A stretch of DNA of 64,000 nt from Blastocystis sp. Blastoise (taxonomy: Eukaryota > Protista > Bigyra: Opalinata), in contig JBBPEB010000004.1 in assembly GCA_039096225.1 (NCBI GenBank), positions 992,001 to 1,056,000 on the forward strand, given 5' to 3'. The notes beneath the pieces are model-generated. The model had not been told where the DNA came from and made no database searches. It was given only the letters and a program-made list of their open reading frames with translations. Positions 17,363 to 29,500 of the stretch are shown one piece after another. Within the stretch, counting starts at the first letter, position 1, and the number at the start of each line of letters is the position of its first letter. Both the position numbers and the translations under genes were made by a program.

Positions 17363-17911
17363 ATGAATACATTTTTATATTTAATTTGTTGTCTCTATGT
17401 AGAAATAGAACTTATTACGAGGACTATAGATGCTTTTAAGCAATCCTAATGCTGTGTAAGTATTTATTTATCTAATATATCATATTATTTTACATTATTC
17501 TTTTAGATTCCCCATTTTGGATTTCCTCTTCCTTTCAAACAGTCTCCTTGGTCTATTTCAAATACATTTATAACATGGAATCGTTGATTTGATTCTTATA
17601 AGGTATTTTATCTAATTCCTTTTTTAATTCATTTAGGTTTCTTGGTTATTATTGTCTATACCTCTTCCAAATAACAAATCAAAGCAATATTGAAGGTATA
17701 TAAATATATCTATTTGTTTCTTTATTACATTGACACATTTTCTCTTTTTTCTTTTTTTCCTATTAAAATTATTTATTTAATTTTTATTTATTTTATTTAT
17801 GTTTTATATTTATCATCAATTTATATATTATATAGAAAATTTATTTCTTATTGCCATTCTTGAATTCTGTGCTTTTGTTTGCTAGTTAAAAACGAAAATA
17901 ACAAATTTTGT

Positions 17912-17970
<59 letters not shown>

Positions 17971-20900
17971 TCATCTATCTATCTATCTATCTATCTATCT
18001 ATTAGGGCATCCAATTGATATCTCCTACAGTATCAACGATTCCTTTGACTTCTACTACTATTACTCCTTCTGAATATCCTCTCTTCTTCACGAGTACTGC
18101 AGGATCTATATATCCACTTCAATTATTCCTTAATAGTCGATGTGGACAAATACCTATAGATATTGATCTCGAAAAACGAATTAAAATCACTTTTATTAGT
18201 GATCGAAAGGGTATATTTATTATTATATATATTTATTATTATTCTATATATATATAGTTCCATCTCTTCCTACATATACCTTCTCCTATCTTTCTTCTTC
18301 TTCTCTTTATTTATATTTAAAAGCTATCTATGTAGCTATATATGATATTTATATAACAGTAGATGGTATTCCTATTCATTATTCTCCATTTTTATCTGCA
18401 TGGACAGTAACTCATGGTTCTCTTCTTCCTTCAAATACTATTTTTATACCACCAAATAGAACTACTAGTGTTGGCATTATTCGTATATATTTATTTAATT
18501 AATATTTATTTAATAATATATATATATATATAGATGATTTTGAAATATATTTTCGTGATGAATATAATAATACAGTTCCTACAACATTATTTACAGGAAC
18601 AATTCTATTAAATACAGATCAATCTTATTTCTTTACTTCAAAAGAAGGTATTTATTTATTTATTTATTTATTATTATTATTATTATATATATATAGATCC
18701 ATTACATGAAAAATTAATATATCAATTTGTTTCGTATACTTCAGAATCTGTTTATTTTAGATGGATGTATATATATATAAATATTTATATAAATAATAAT
18801 AATATTTTTATAGTGTGAATGGTTTATCTGTGATTAATACTCCATTCCAATTATCAGTATATAGTGATGTTCCTTCTTATCTCTACTCTTCTATCTCTAC
18901 TATCTATTCAATTATTCCTTTATATAGAAGTGTTGATGTATATATATAATAATAATAAAAATAAAAATAATATATATAGTTTACATTAATAGTAAGAGAT
19001 CGTTATTATAATTTAGTGAATCAGAATAATTTTATAATAAAATTATATGTAACATCTTCAGAAGGATTTGATATTCCTTTATTTCCAGGGGAATCCGATC
19101 AATTCTTTAGTTATAGAATCACTATGGATTCTACTTCACAATATACATTATCCATTCGTTTCTTTCGTGAGATTTCTAATGGTCATTTATATGTACGTCT
19201 TCTAAATCAAGAAGAAGAAGAAGATATTGATACAATTAATTCTTATATATATTGTACTATTCAAAGTAGAATTAGTCCTAATGATTGCTCGAAAACTGAA
19301 ATCTATATATCCTTTTATTAGTTATTTTATATTATATTCTCTCAATAATAATATTATATATATTTCTTAATTCTACTTTTTACAGTCCTATTAGTTTTGC
19401 AGGCACATTAACGTATATGTATATATATACAAGAGATATATATGATGATGGATATTGTTTAGATAATCGAAGAGATAAATATAAAGTGTATATTAAAGGT
19501 GATGGAGAAGTATATATATATTTATTTAATATATTATTATTATATATAGTATACTCAGAAATCCTTTTATTCATTTTCAACATCTCCTTCTCTTGATATA
19601 TATACACAAGAATATCAATATACTTCTATTTGTCCTCTTTATACATTTATTCAATTACCTTCAAAAGTTAGAAATATAACTGTGAAAATAGATTGTTTAT
19701 CTGAAGATAATATTTGGTCCTCTTTAGAATGGAATATCACTACTATACCTTCTACTGAAATGTATATTAATTATTATTATTCTCTTATATATATATAGTA
19801 CATCTACAATAAAAGTAACTCATGATTCTCTTTATACTGCTGGTGATATTATTCCTATAAACATCAAATTCTTTGATATGTAATTATTTATTATTCTTTA
19901 TTTATATATTATTTATAGATATAATAATTCAGTAATTAATTTACAAAGTGTGTATAAAATATGTGATTATAGTTATGTAGAAGGTATATTTAAATATATA
20001 TAATTTGAATATAATTTTATATAGATCGAAATACTTATTATGATGTTATGAATCCAGATTCAATAAGTCTTCTTAGTACATGTTCTATACCTGCTAAAGT
20101 ATCAGGATTCCATAAGATTTCATTGATTACATTAGTTTCTGGAAATATCTATGATTCTTATCTAAGTAAATATATTTATATTTATAATATATATTATCTA
20201 TAATAGCTGTTGTTCCTGGTACTCTTTATATTGCTCATACTGATATTCATGGTACTGGAATTGAATTTGTTTCTTATTGTGATTCTACTAATATTTCTAT
20301 TTGTGGAGATATCTATATGAATTTAAAAGTATTTATTTATTATTATTATTATTATATATTTATAATAGGATGAATATTTTAATTCATTGAATGCTACATA
20401 TTATATTGAAGAAGGTGGATATTCAAAAGAAGATCCTTCTTTTTCTATATATAATCATGAAGGAGAATATATTGATATAGATATTCGACGAGCTGATACT
20501 TTAGAAGATACTCCTTTCACTGTAGATAAACATATACTCAATAATACGTATATTTAATATTATTATTTATATTTATTATTTATTTATAGTATTCATATTC
20601 ATTATATTGTTGAAATGTCTTCTATTATTGGTCTTACTGAATCAGAATATCCTTATTTATATATACGTCTATTCTTTCAAAATAAACAAGATAATCTATT
20701 CTCTAAAGATATTCCTGTTACTCTATCTTCTCTTCCTTATTCTCTATTCATGTATATATATTTTTTATTATTATTTTCAATATCTGTATAGATTAACATC
20801 TCCTCTTAAATTTCATGTATCATCGATATTAAATGTCAATTTAGAAACTGATCCATTCTTTTTATTTCAAATATTTGATGAAAATCAACATATTATTACG

Positions 20901-22641
20901 GGTCAACAATCTAATCTTAAATGGTATTCTATTATTATTATTATATATAAATATAAATGAATATATATATATAGGATAAATATAGATGAAGATTATTATG
21001 ATGGAATCATGTATATAGTTGAAACTACATCACCTGGTACTTATAAATATCCTTTTATATATATATATATTAATAATAATTAAACACTATTATTTTCTTT
21101 AATCTATATACAACTATACCTCATCTTCCTACTGCTCGTAATTATACGTTTATATTATTATATAATAATATGCCTATATTGGATATATCAGTGACAATTA
21201 CTACATTCACATGTTTAAAGTATTCTTTATTATCAACCTATTCAGGAACATTCAGTATGGGATTTGTACCTGAAATAAGAAGAGAATTAGATGTTATTGT
21301 TAAAGATATTCATAATAATGAAATGTATATTTATTTTTATATATTATTATTTATTATTATATAGTCCTATTCCTATAAATCAACAATTCAATTTAACTTC
21401 TTCTCCTCCTCTTCTCTATTCTTATACTCTCAATAATAATCATATCCATTTTCTAATAGATTCTCCTCTTCATCTTTCTTCTTATCGAGATCTATATACT
21501 ATTACTATTTCTACATCCTTTGAAGATCAACCCTATATAGAAATACTTACTACTACTGCTTATGCTTATCCTAATTTGAATCTTCTTGGATCTCCTTCTT
21601 ATTTACTTTGTCCTGATGAATTAACTACAGGAATAGAATTCAATTGTACATTTCATCCACGAGATATTTATGGTAATGATATTAACCCTACTTATATTCA
21701 ACCATTCTTAAAATCAACATTGATTGATTCTAAGGGTAATAATCTCAATGTATGTGATTTACCTTATTGTACAGGGAATAAGCCAGCTATCTTTATTTTT
21801 GATCATAATACTATTTATACAAAGTATATATATTATAGATATTATTATTATTATTATTATATAGAATGTATTATATTGATGCTGATACATATACTATAAC
21901 ATTTTCTCTTGAACAAGTTCATTATGAACAACAATTTCAATTGATTATTTCTCCATCAATTATGGACCCTCAACAATCATTTATTCATTTCCCTTCGAAT
22001 AATAATCCTATTCCTGTTCCTAATTATGAAGATTATGGAAAAAATGGTATTTATTATTTATTTTTATTATTATTATATATATAGAATTATTAGATGATGA
22101 AGGAATTAATAAAAGTATATATTTATATTATTATAGTTATTATTTATATATATAGCTTATATAGCTGGTAATCAAATTTTCATTCATGTTCATCTCTTTG
22201 ATATATCTTTTATATTATTATTTATATATATTTTATAATATAAATATTTTTTTCTTAATAATCACTCCTTTAATAATACAATAGAAGAAGATATATCAAA
22301 AGAATTATATATAGAAATATATAAGAATGAAACTCGTATAGAAACTGATAGGTATATATATTTATATTATTATTATAATTATTATATAGTTATGCAATAT
22401 TAATTTATGGAAATGTATATGTATTTTCTTTATATCATATTATATTATATATAGATAATAAATAGATCAGTTTTATTATTAACAGTATATACAAATGATT
22501 TTATATATATTATAGGACAACAACATTTTTATATAAAGGTATGTATTTATCTATATATATATTTATTTAAATTATTCATAGTTTTATAATTAGTTTATAT
22601 AGGATAGGAAAGAGTTTCCATATATATATTATAATGATTAA
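17363..22641 (+). CDS. Filamin-type Ig-like repeat protein (cargo of the element); multi-exon, 5' and 3' ends uncertain, possibly a captured fragment or pseudogene
   Basis: Recurrent repeat motifs YFRDEYNN, IVRDRYYN, AGTLTYMYIYTRDIYDDG, AGDIIPINIKFFDIYNN, HPRDIYGN, DGIPIHYSPF and PGTYKTIPHLPTARNY in spliced exons from ~18006. The segment at ~17507-17600 has stops in all three frames. Confidence 0.65.
19307..19383 (+). other. U12-type AT-AC intron
   Basis: ATATCCTTTT donor, TTTCTTAAT branch-like site, TAC acceptor; removal joins KTEIY|SPISFAG in frame. Confidence 0.88.
21047..21111 (+). other. U12-type AT-AC intron
   Basis: ATATCCTTTT donor, TTCTTTAAT branch-like site, TAC acceptor; removal gives PGTYK|TIPHLP in frame with ORF 21170. 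Confidence 0.88.
22203..22265 (+). other. U12-type AT-AC intron
   Basis: ATATCTTTT donor, TTTCTTAAT branch-like site, CAC acceptor. The intron contains an in-frame TAA; removal restores the repeat motif HLFD|SFNN. Confidence 0.78.
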
Positions 22642-23307
22642 TTTTTTACATATTATCTATTATATTATTAAAATTGTACTATGTCATATTTAATTATAAT
22701 ATTCTTCTTGTTTGGTAGATATTTAGAATTAGTTGATTTACAGATATCTTTTCTAGTAGAGAATAATAAAATATAAATAATTCAACATTAGTTTTTTATA
22801 AAAATATAATCTTTATTATGTTAATGATAGGTTGTAAAACGTTTCAGATATTATCTATTTTATTTATATATGTATAATAATCTATAATTGATTTAAATAA
22901 GACATGTTACACAAGAAATGTTTATAAATTGTGAATCTCATCTTAATAAATAACTATACTGATTATATATTTTTATTCTGTATAAGATTTATATCTTAAG
23001 CAGAATGCTATTTTATTAATATAACTGACAAATATATTTAATTGAAATCATAGTGTGTTAAAATAGCACGGTTTTATCTCTGTAACATCTAAATATATAT
23101 GTTGTAATTAAATAATTCATGCTAAAAACTATATAATATATTTATAAATTAATTGATAATCAAATAGACTTTTTGTAAAGAAAAAGAGTAATTTTATAAT
23201 TTTATTAACCTCTGAAAACAAAGAATTTTATATAGATTCTTATAATAGTAATAATATATTGACTATTATAATTCAAAAATAAAACAATACATGTAAAAAA
23301 ATAAAAA

Positions 23308-23380
23308 TGCCCCAGATAAGATTTGAACCAGCGACAATAACCATTATAACTATAGCGCTGACCAACTATACCAACAATTC
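23308..23380 (-). pseudogene. Degenerate tRNA-like element (A box, B box, oligo-T)
   Basis: 73 nt with canonical tRNA spacing. A box TGGTATAGTTGG, B box GGTTCAAATC, followed by TTTTT. The anticodon stem pairs, but the acceptor and T stems do not. Confidence 0.65.
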
Positions 23381-23663
23381 TCTCAATTTTTTGTTTTTAT
23401 ATAATATATATAATAAATTTAAATATAGCTAAATCTTCAAATTTTTATATTCATTATCTTTCATAACATTTATGTCAGTATAGACATGCTTAGAATAACT
23501 ATTAAATAGAAATTATTAATTTTTGAAAATAAATTGTCTATTGATGTGGTGATAATGAACTCAAAAAGAACACCTCAGTGATGTAAACGTTTTTTAAATA
23601 CTAAAAATGACGCAGAGTTGATTGAATCATTATAAATAGTTGTCAAAAAAATTTAAAAGAAAA

Positions 23664-23734
23664 TGTCCCCTATAAGGATCGATCCGTCGACCATGTAAAA
23701 ATTTTATGCGCATAAACCATTCGACCAAATACCC
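23664..23734 (-). pseudogene. Second degenerate tRNA-like element, initiator-tRNA-like T arm
   Basis: A box TGGTCGAATGG, GGTCGACGGATCGATCC T-arm region, TTTT downstream. Its 3' end CTTATAGGGGACA resembles CTTATCTGGGGCA of the first copy. Confidence 0.6.
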
Positions 23735-24215
23735 CTTATATAATATTTATCATCAAGTCATATAATAATTATAAAACCAGTGACTACTAACCTTTTTTTA
23801 TTTTTCCCTTTTTAAACATAAAAATAATATATTTTACAATATAAATATTATAAATGTGTTGTGTGACTTATTCTACATGTAAAATACATTTTAAAACCAT
23901 TTTTAAAGGCTATTAAAAAACATTTTGTCTGAAGTATTGTTTTTTAAAATCTGACTTTTGTTCATACTGTTGTTTTTTGTTTGGTTTTTGAAAATAATTA
24001 TTTTAATATGCTTTTCGTTTATTTTTTTTTATTACTAGTCAGGGTGTATCTGTAGAGTCCCTACAAGACTACTTCGTGATATTTAACAAAAACAAAAACT
24101 TTTTAATTACATTATTATTTTTTATAATATTATTTTAGAGTTTATTGACAATATTATTCATTATAACACATAAATAATACTATTTGAAATAGCTTAAAAA
24201 AAGTATATAAACAAT

Positions 24216-24612
24216 TGACTATTGTCACAAAATATTTTTATTTGTCACCCAACTTAACACGAATAGTCAAACATAGGAATCATACTTGTTGTTATTTGAT
24301 GACTTATATACTTTTCAGTCATGTATCTGTCACAACATGTGTCACAAAAAATATTTTATTTGACTTATTTTCAAATAGTCATACATTATATATCAAAATA
24401 ATACGTTTTTAGTCAAAAACTGTCACGTCATAATATAATAGTCAATGAATGAATTATCTTTTTTATGTCACCCGGTCCTTTTTTCATGAAAAGTGTGTAA
24501 ATCGACGTGTCTTGATGAGCTGAGTTTGAAAATATTTTTTTTATATTTTTAAAATTAAAAACAAAAAAGTTATTTATCATTTTTCATTTTTGTGTCACAA
24601 ATTTTGCTGACA
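24216..24612. repeat. Subterminal TGTCAC/GTCA motif array
   Basis: TGTCAC at 24223, 24243, 24328, 24340, 24421, 24466 and 24593, all on one strand; 17 GTCA/TGAC cores in ~400 bp. Confidence 0.85.
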
Positions 24613-25385
24613 ATTGCGACGCCGCAAAAAAAAAGGGCCTTTTGGAAGTCGCTGTTGAAAAAAGAAAAATTTCTGTACTTTTTTATTGAAGATTTCTTGT
24701 TGTTTTTAATACATAATAGAAATAGAAATAAAAATAAAAATATTGATTAGATTCTATGTGATACTTATATTCACTTCTCATAATGATTTCAACTTGTATA
24801 ATAAAATTGTCATTTTTTTGGAATGCTTTATATTTAAAAGAATAATGTAAATAAGTCAATGAATCTCTAACTTGGAGATGAACATGATATTAGTTATTAT
24901 ATCTCTTCAAAGCATCATTATCATTTTTTCATTTCTTCAAGTTAGTTATTGTCCTTTAATTTTGTTGTTTTCTGATTAAACTACGTTGTCTAAGGTATTC
25001 GCATTCATAATCTTACATTATTAAAAAAAAAACTGAATGACATCCAAATGAACTTATAATTTCGTTTTTATTAGGTGCATACCCTGATTTGGTCTGATTC
25101 ATAAATACACGACAGTAAAACTTGAAATATAAAAAATCTGAATAATAACAATCAACAATTCATGAAAAAAACAAAAACTCACTGGTATAAAAAAAATAAT
25201 CGTGAATATAAAATAACGAAAAAGTTTTTTGTTTTAGATTTTTTTTAATACTGTATAATCAATGAAGAATAGTCTATTTATATTAGAGAAACATCTATAT
25301 TCGTTCTGTAACTAATGTCACTTCGTAATTTTTTTCATCACAATATTTTTTGGAGTTGTTCAAGTTTTACTTTCTTTTTGTTATT

Positions 25386-26532
25386 ATGGAAATATGTCAG
25401 AAAGTTGGGGATTTTACGAAATTACCATGGAAAGATGAAATACTAGAATCAGAGAAGACTCATCTTTTTTCTGAGTTTTTTACATATTTTTTTTATTTGC
25501 AAGAATAATGAAACTGCTTCATAGCGTTTATTATTCTATAAATGGGCTATTATACGAGTCTTCTATTGAGGATACGTATTATGACAGCATAAGACTCTCA
25601 GAATTCTGCTCTTTTTTATGTGTATGTTTACTACACTTCTGTAACTTATTGATTTTATATAGAAAGTACATGGAATCAATGACAAACAAATTTCCTCTAT
25701 CAATATTGACCATAAGACGAACCCAAATAAGAATGCCTTGCTAAAAGACTTCGAGAACAATAAGAACAATAGATTATGTGTCGAAGTCAACTGTATTCCT
25801 TGTTTCTTAATCGTTAAAAACCAATTAAAAACAGTTATTTTCCTAATGCCAACAATGGAACTTGTCAGCATTAATTCAACCTTATATAAGGTATATAAAT
25901 ATTTATATATATATATATTCAACAATAATTTATGCATATATGTATGTTTAGCTGTTTAATATTCGTGAAAATGAATATTCTATTTTTGAAATGGTTTCTG
26001 GAACACAATTAACAAAGACTCATGTTGACAGTGCTTATCATAATGCTAAGTTACCTATTTTATTTGTAACTTATTCTGAAAAAATGGTTGCCAATGTATA
26101 TTTATTATTTTTATTATTTTTTTTGTTTATTATTTATTATTATTTATTATTTATTATTTATTATTTATTATTATTTGTTATTTATTATTATTTATTATTA
26201 TTATTTATTATTATTTATTATTATTTATTATTATTTATTCTTATTCTTATTCTTATTCTTATTCTTATTCTTATTATTTATTCTTCTTATTTTTTCTTCT
26301 TATTTATTCTTCTTATTTATTCTTCTTATTTATTCTTCTTATTTATTCTTCTTATTTATTCTTATCCCTATTATATATATATATATAGCCAATGGACTAT
26401 GACATGTATTCGAGGGGACGTCATGGAAGGGATAAACATCGAAATATGGATATGAACATGAATTTTAATCCTTATAGTAATACTCTTCTGAATAGCTCTA
26501 TCGATGCTACATCTATGTATGTGGAGTCTATG

Positions 26533-26573
<41 letters not shown>

Positions 26574-29500
26574 ATTTATTATGTATTATATATATAGTTC
26601 TATGAACGATTTGGTTTTAATTCGAAATAACTCGAAACCTATTGTTAATACTATTACTTGTTCGTATATATATATATATATATATATATAAAGAGTTATA
26701 TATTTCTTTTTTATAATAATAATATATATATATAATTTATTTATGTTTTTAGATCTTTTTCAACAGTAGATATGAAACGTAAGTTATTTATTGATTCTAT
26801 TATTCCTGACACGTGGGTTCATTGTACTCTGTACAAACCAAGCTATAGCTTTGATAACAACGTTCTCCCCACTAGAAGTATATATATATATATATCAAAA
26901 ATAAACTTTTTTAATTATCTTCTTTTTATATAATAATAATATATATATAGGTAATGGCTGTCTTTTCTCTAGTTTCTTTAAAGTATCTACTCAGAATAAT
27001 CAACATGAACAAAACTCCTCTCTCAATTCAACGGTTGAACCTTCTAATAATCGCGACAAATTATTAAAGTATATATATATATATGTAGTAATTATTATTA
27101 TGATCTTTTTCCTTAAATTGTTCATATAATTATATATATATAGTATTTATAAAGATAATGAATTCAATTTCAGTGTCCAAAAGAGAATTGTATGATATGT
27201 ATAATATATCTATATATAATATACTATATAGAATAATCCTATTATGATTTATGATGGTGTTAATCGTAATCGCCTCAGTGTTCCTACTCCTTTAACATTA
27301 TCCTTTTCATCCTTTATTAATTCTATTACTGTATATATTTATTATATTTATTATATTTATTATATTTATTATATTTATTATTATAATATTTATAATATTT
27401 ATTCTTCTTACACTTTCATATGTATTTGGTTATATAAATTTAATTATATTTTTTAAATATATATGTATATAATAATATTATTAACTATAATACTTATATA
27501 GTCTGTCATACCACATAATACGTTCCCTCTTTTATTTGTGGACAATTTACTATTAAGTACTTCTAGTTTCATGAGAATATATACTGGATCAATACCAAGA
27601 GATATTGGACTTTATAATGTATATATTATTATATATTATTATATATTATTATATATATTATTATATATTATTATATATATTATTATATATATTATTATAT
27701 ATTATTATATATATTATTATATATATTATTATATATTATTATATATTATTATATATTATTATTATATATATTATTATTATATATTATTATATATATTATT
27801 AATATTTGCCTTTTATATAGATTCCTATTTTTGACTGCTCTCAAATTGCGGGTATTGTTCCAAGTATATATATATATAATAAAATAAAAATAATAATAAT
27901 ATATAATTTATATATAGGTATTAAGCAATCATTATATTTTAATTATATCCGTTTGGATGGTATATATAATAATAATAATAATAATATTAATACAATAATA
28001 ACTAAATAAATATTAAATAAAACTACTTATATATATAGTTACATATTCTCCGTCTGCTTTTGGTGATATCACTAAATTCTTAAATAACTCCTTATATAAT
28101 ACTGCTGATAACTTAGTATTTACAAGTATGTAGTCGGAATATGTTTACTTATATTGATCCTATTATATATATATATATATAGTTTATATTGATACTATTA
28201 ATCTAATATATATATAGAATCGTCATCAATTATTGTGAAATATGATTATTATTCAACTAATAATAAACTTGTATTAAGAAAAGTTAGTCTTCCTTGTATA
28301 TATATATATATATTCTATACATAACAATATTCACTATATATATATATAGTGATGTTATTTGATACGGAGGGTATTACCCAATTCTTTAAAGGTCATTTTT
28401 ATGGGTTTACTAGGCTTTCTGTTCTTGAGATTGAAACTATAAATCAAAATAATGCTTATAGAGATTATATAATATATTTATATGGACGATATATATATAA
28501 CCGTTGTCCTAATTTAAAAATTATATATAATAAATCTGAAATTCAAAATTTGTCTCTTCTTTCTCATCAAATAACACGAGAAACACCATCTATTCAATTA
28601 TATATATCTGATTATGATTCTATAATTAACGATGAATCTATTGTCTTATCTACAGTTTCTCTTCCTATTGCTCCAAAACCTATTAGCTATGCTTCTTATA
28701 AACCTTGTATATTTGTACAAAATGTAAAGTCGATGGTTCCTGAGTGTCATGTTTTTAATACTTTATCTTTATATAAAATTGATGAAAATGTATATATAAA
28801 TAATACTTTATCTTCTTATGATAAATGTAAATTAGCTATTGAATATCCATCTATTTCTACTGCTTTTCTTTATGGATTACAGAATATACTTTCTTCACAA
28901 TATTTTGGTTTTATTGAAACTATTAATAGTTCTAGTATATCTAAGAATTATTATTATTTACCTATGATTTCTACTCAACAAGATCTTAATTATATTAATC
29001 AACCTTTATATACATATTGTATTTGTCCTCCAGATTTACCTACTGATTATTCATTATTAAATGATAATGCTAAACTTCCTACTTATAAAAATCAATGTAT
29101 AACTATAAATACCGAAAATAAAGGTCGTTTCTTATGTCGTGGTGATTATTTAATTGTTCATTCTTTTCAACCTCAATTAGTCTATACTATAGCTAATATT
29201 CAATATACTATATTACCTTATATGACTGTTTATCCTCGTCAATCACTTCCTTTTATGGTTGAAACATCTGAAACTAAACAAAGAATGAATATTATACGTG
29301 ATTGTATATCACATAATTATCCATTATTATTAACAGGTAAAACTGCTAGTGGAAAAACATTTTCTGTTGATATGGTATGTATACAAGGAGAAGTACCTAT
29401 TATACGTTTTAATTTCTCTCCTTCTTCTACTATTGAAGAATTAAACGGTGATATATCTATACATACAATTAATGGTAAAAGTGTATTCTTTTTTAAAGAA

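Larger units (their letters stand above)
16312..24654. mobile_element. Non-autonomous hAT-like DNA transposon carrying gene cargo (Pack-type), 8,343 bp
   Basis: Identical 8-bp direct repeat TTGAAAAA at 16304-16311 and 24655-24662. Left end CAGTGCCTTCC vs right end (reverse complement) CAGCGACTTCC, 9/11 identical. TTGCGGCG lies at the same distance from each end. GTGACA/TGTCAC repeats lie on the inside of both ends. No transposase ORF. Confidence 0.8.

Noticed and set aside
20647-20666. ATATCCTT...AC resembling another U12 intron
   Set aside because: The frame reads through as SEYPYLYIR; removing 20 nt would frameshift, and there is no room for a branch site.
23308-23734. Functional tRNA genes
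   Set aside because: Acceptor and T stems do not pair and the first copy lacks U33; kept only as tRNA-like elements.
16312-24654. Autonomous transposon or transposase gene
   Set aside because: No ORF with BED-finger, DDE or hATC features seen on either strand.
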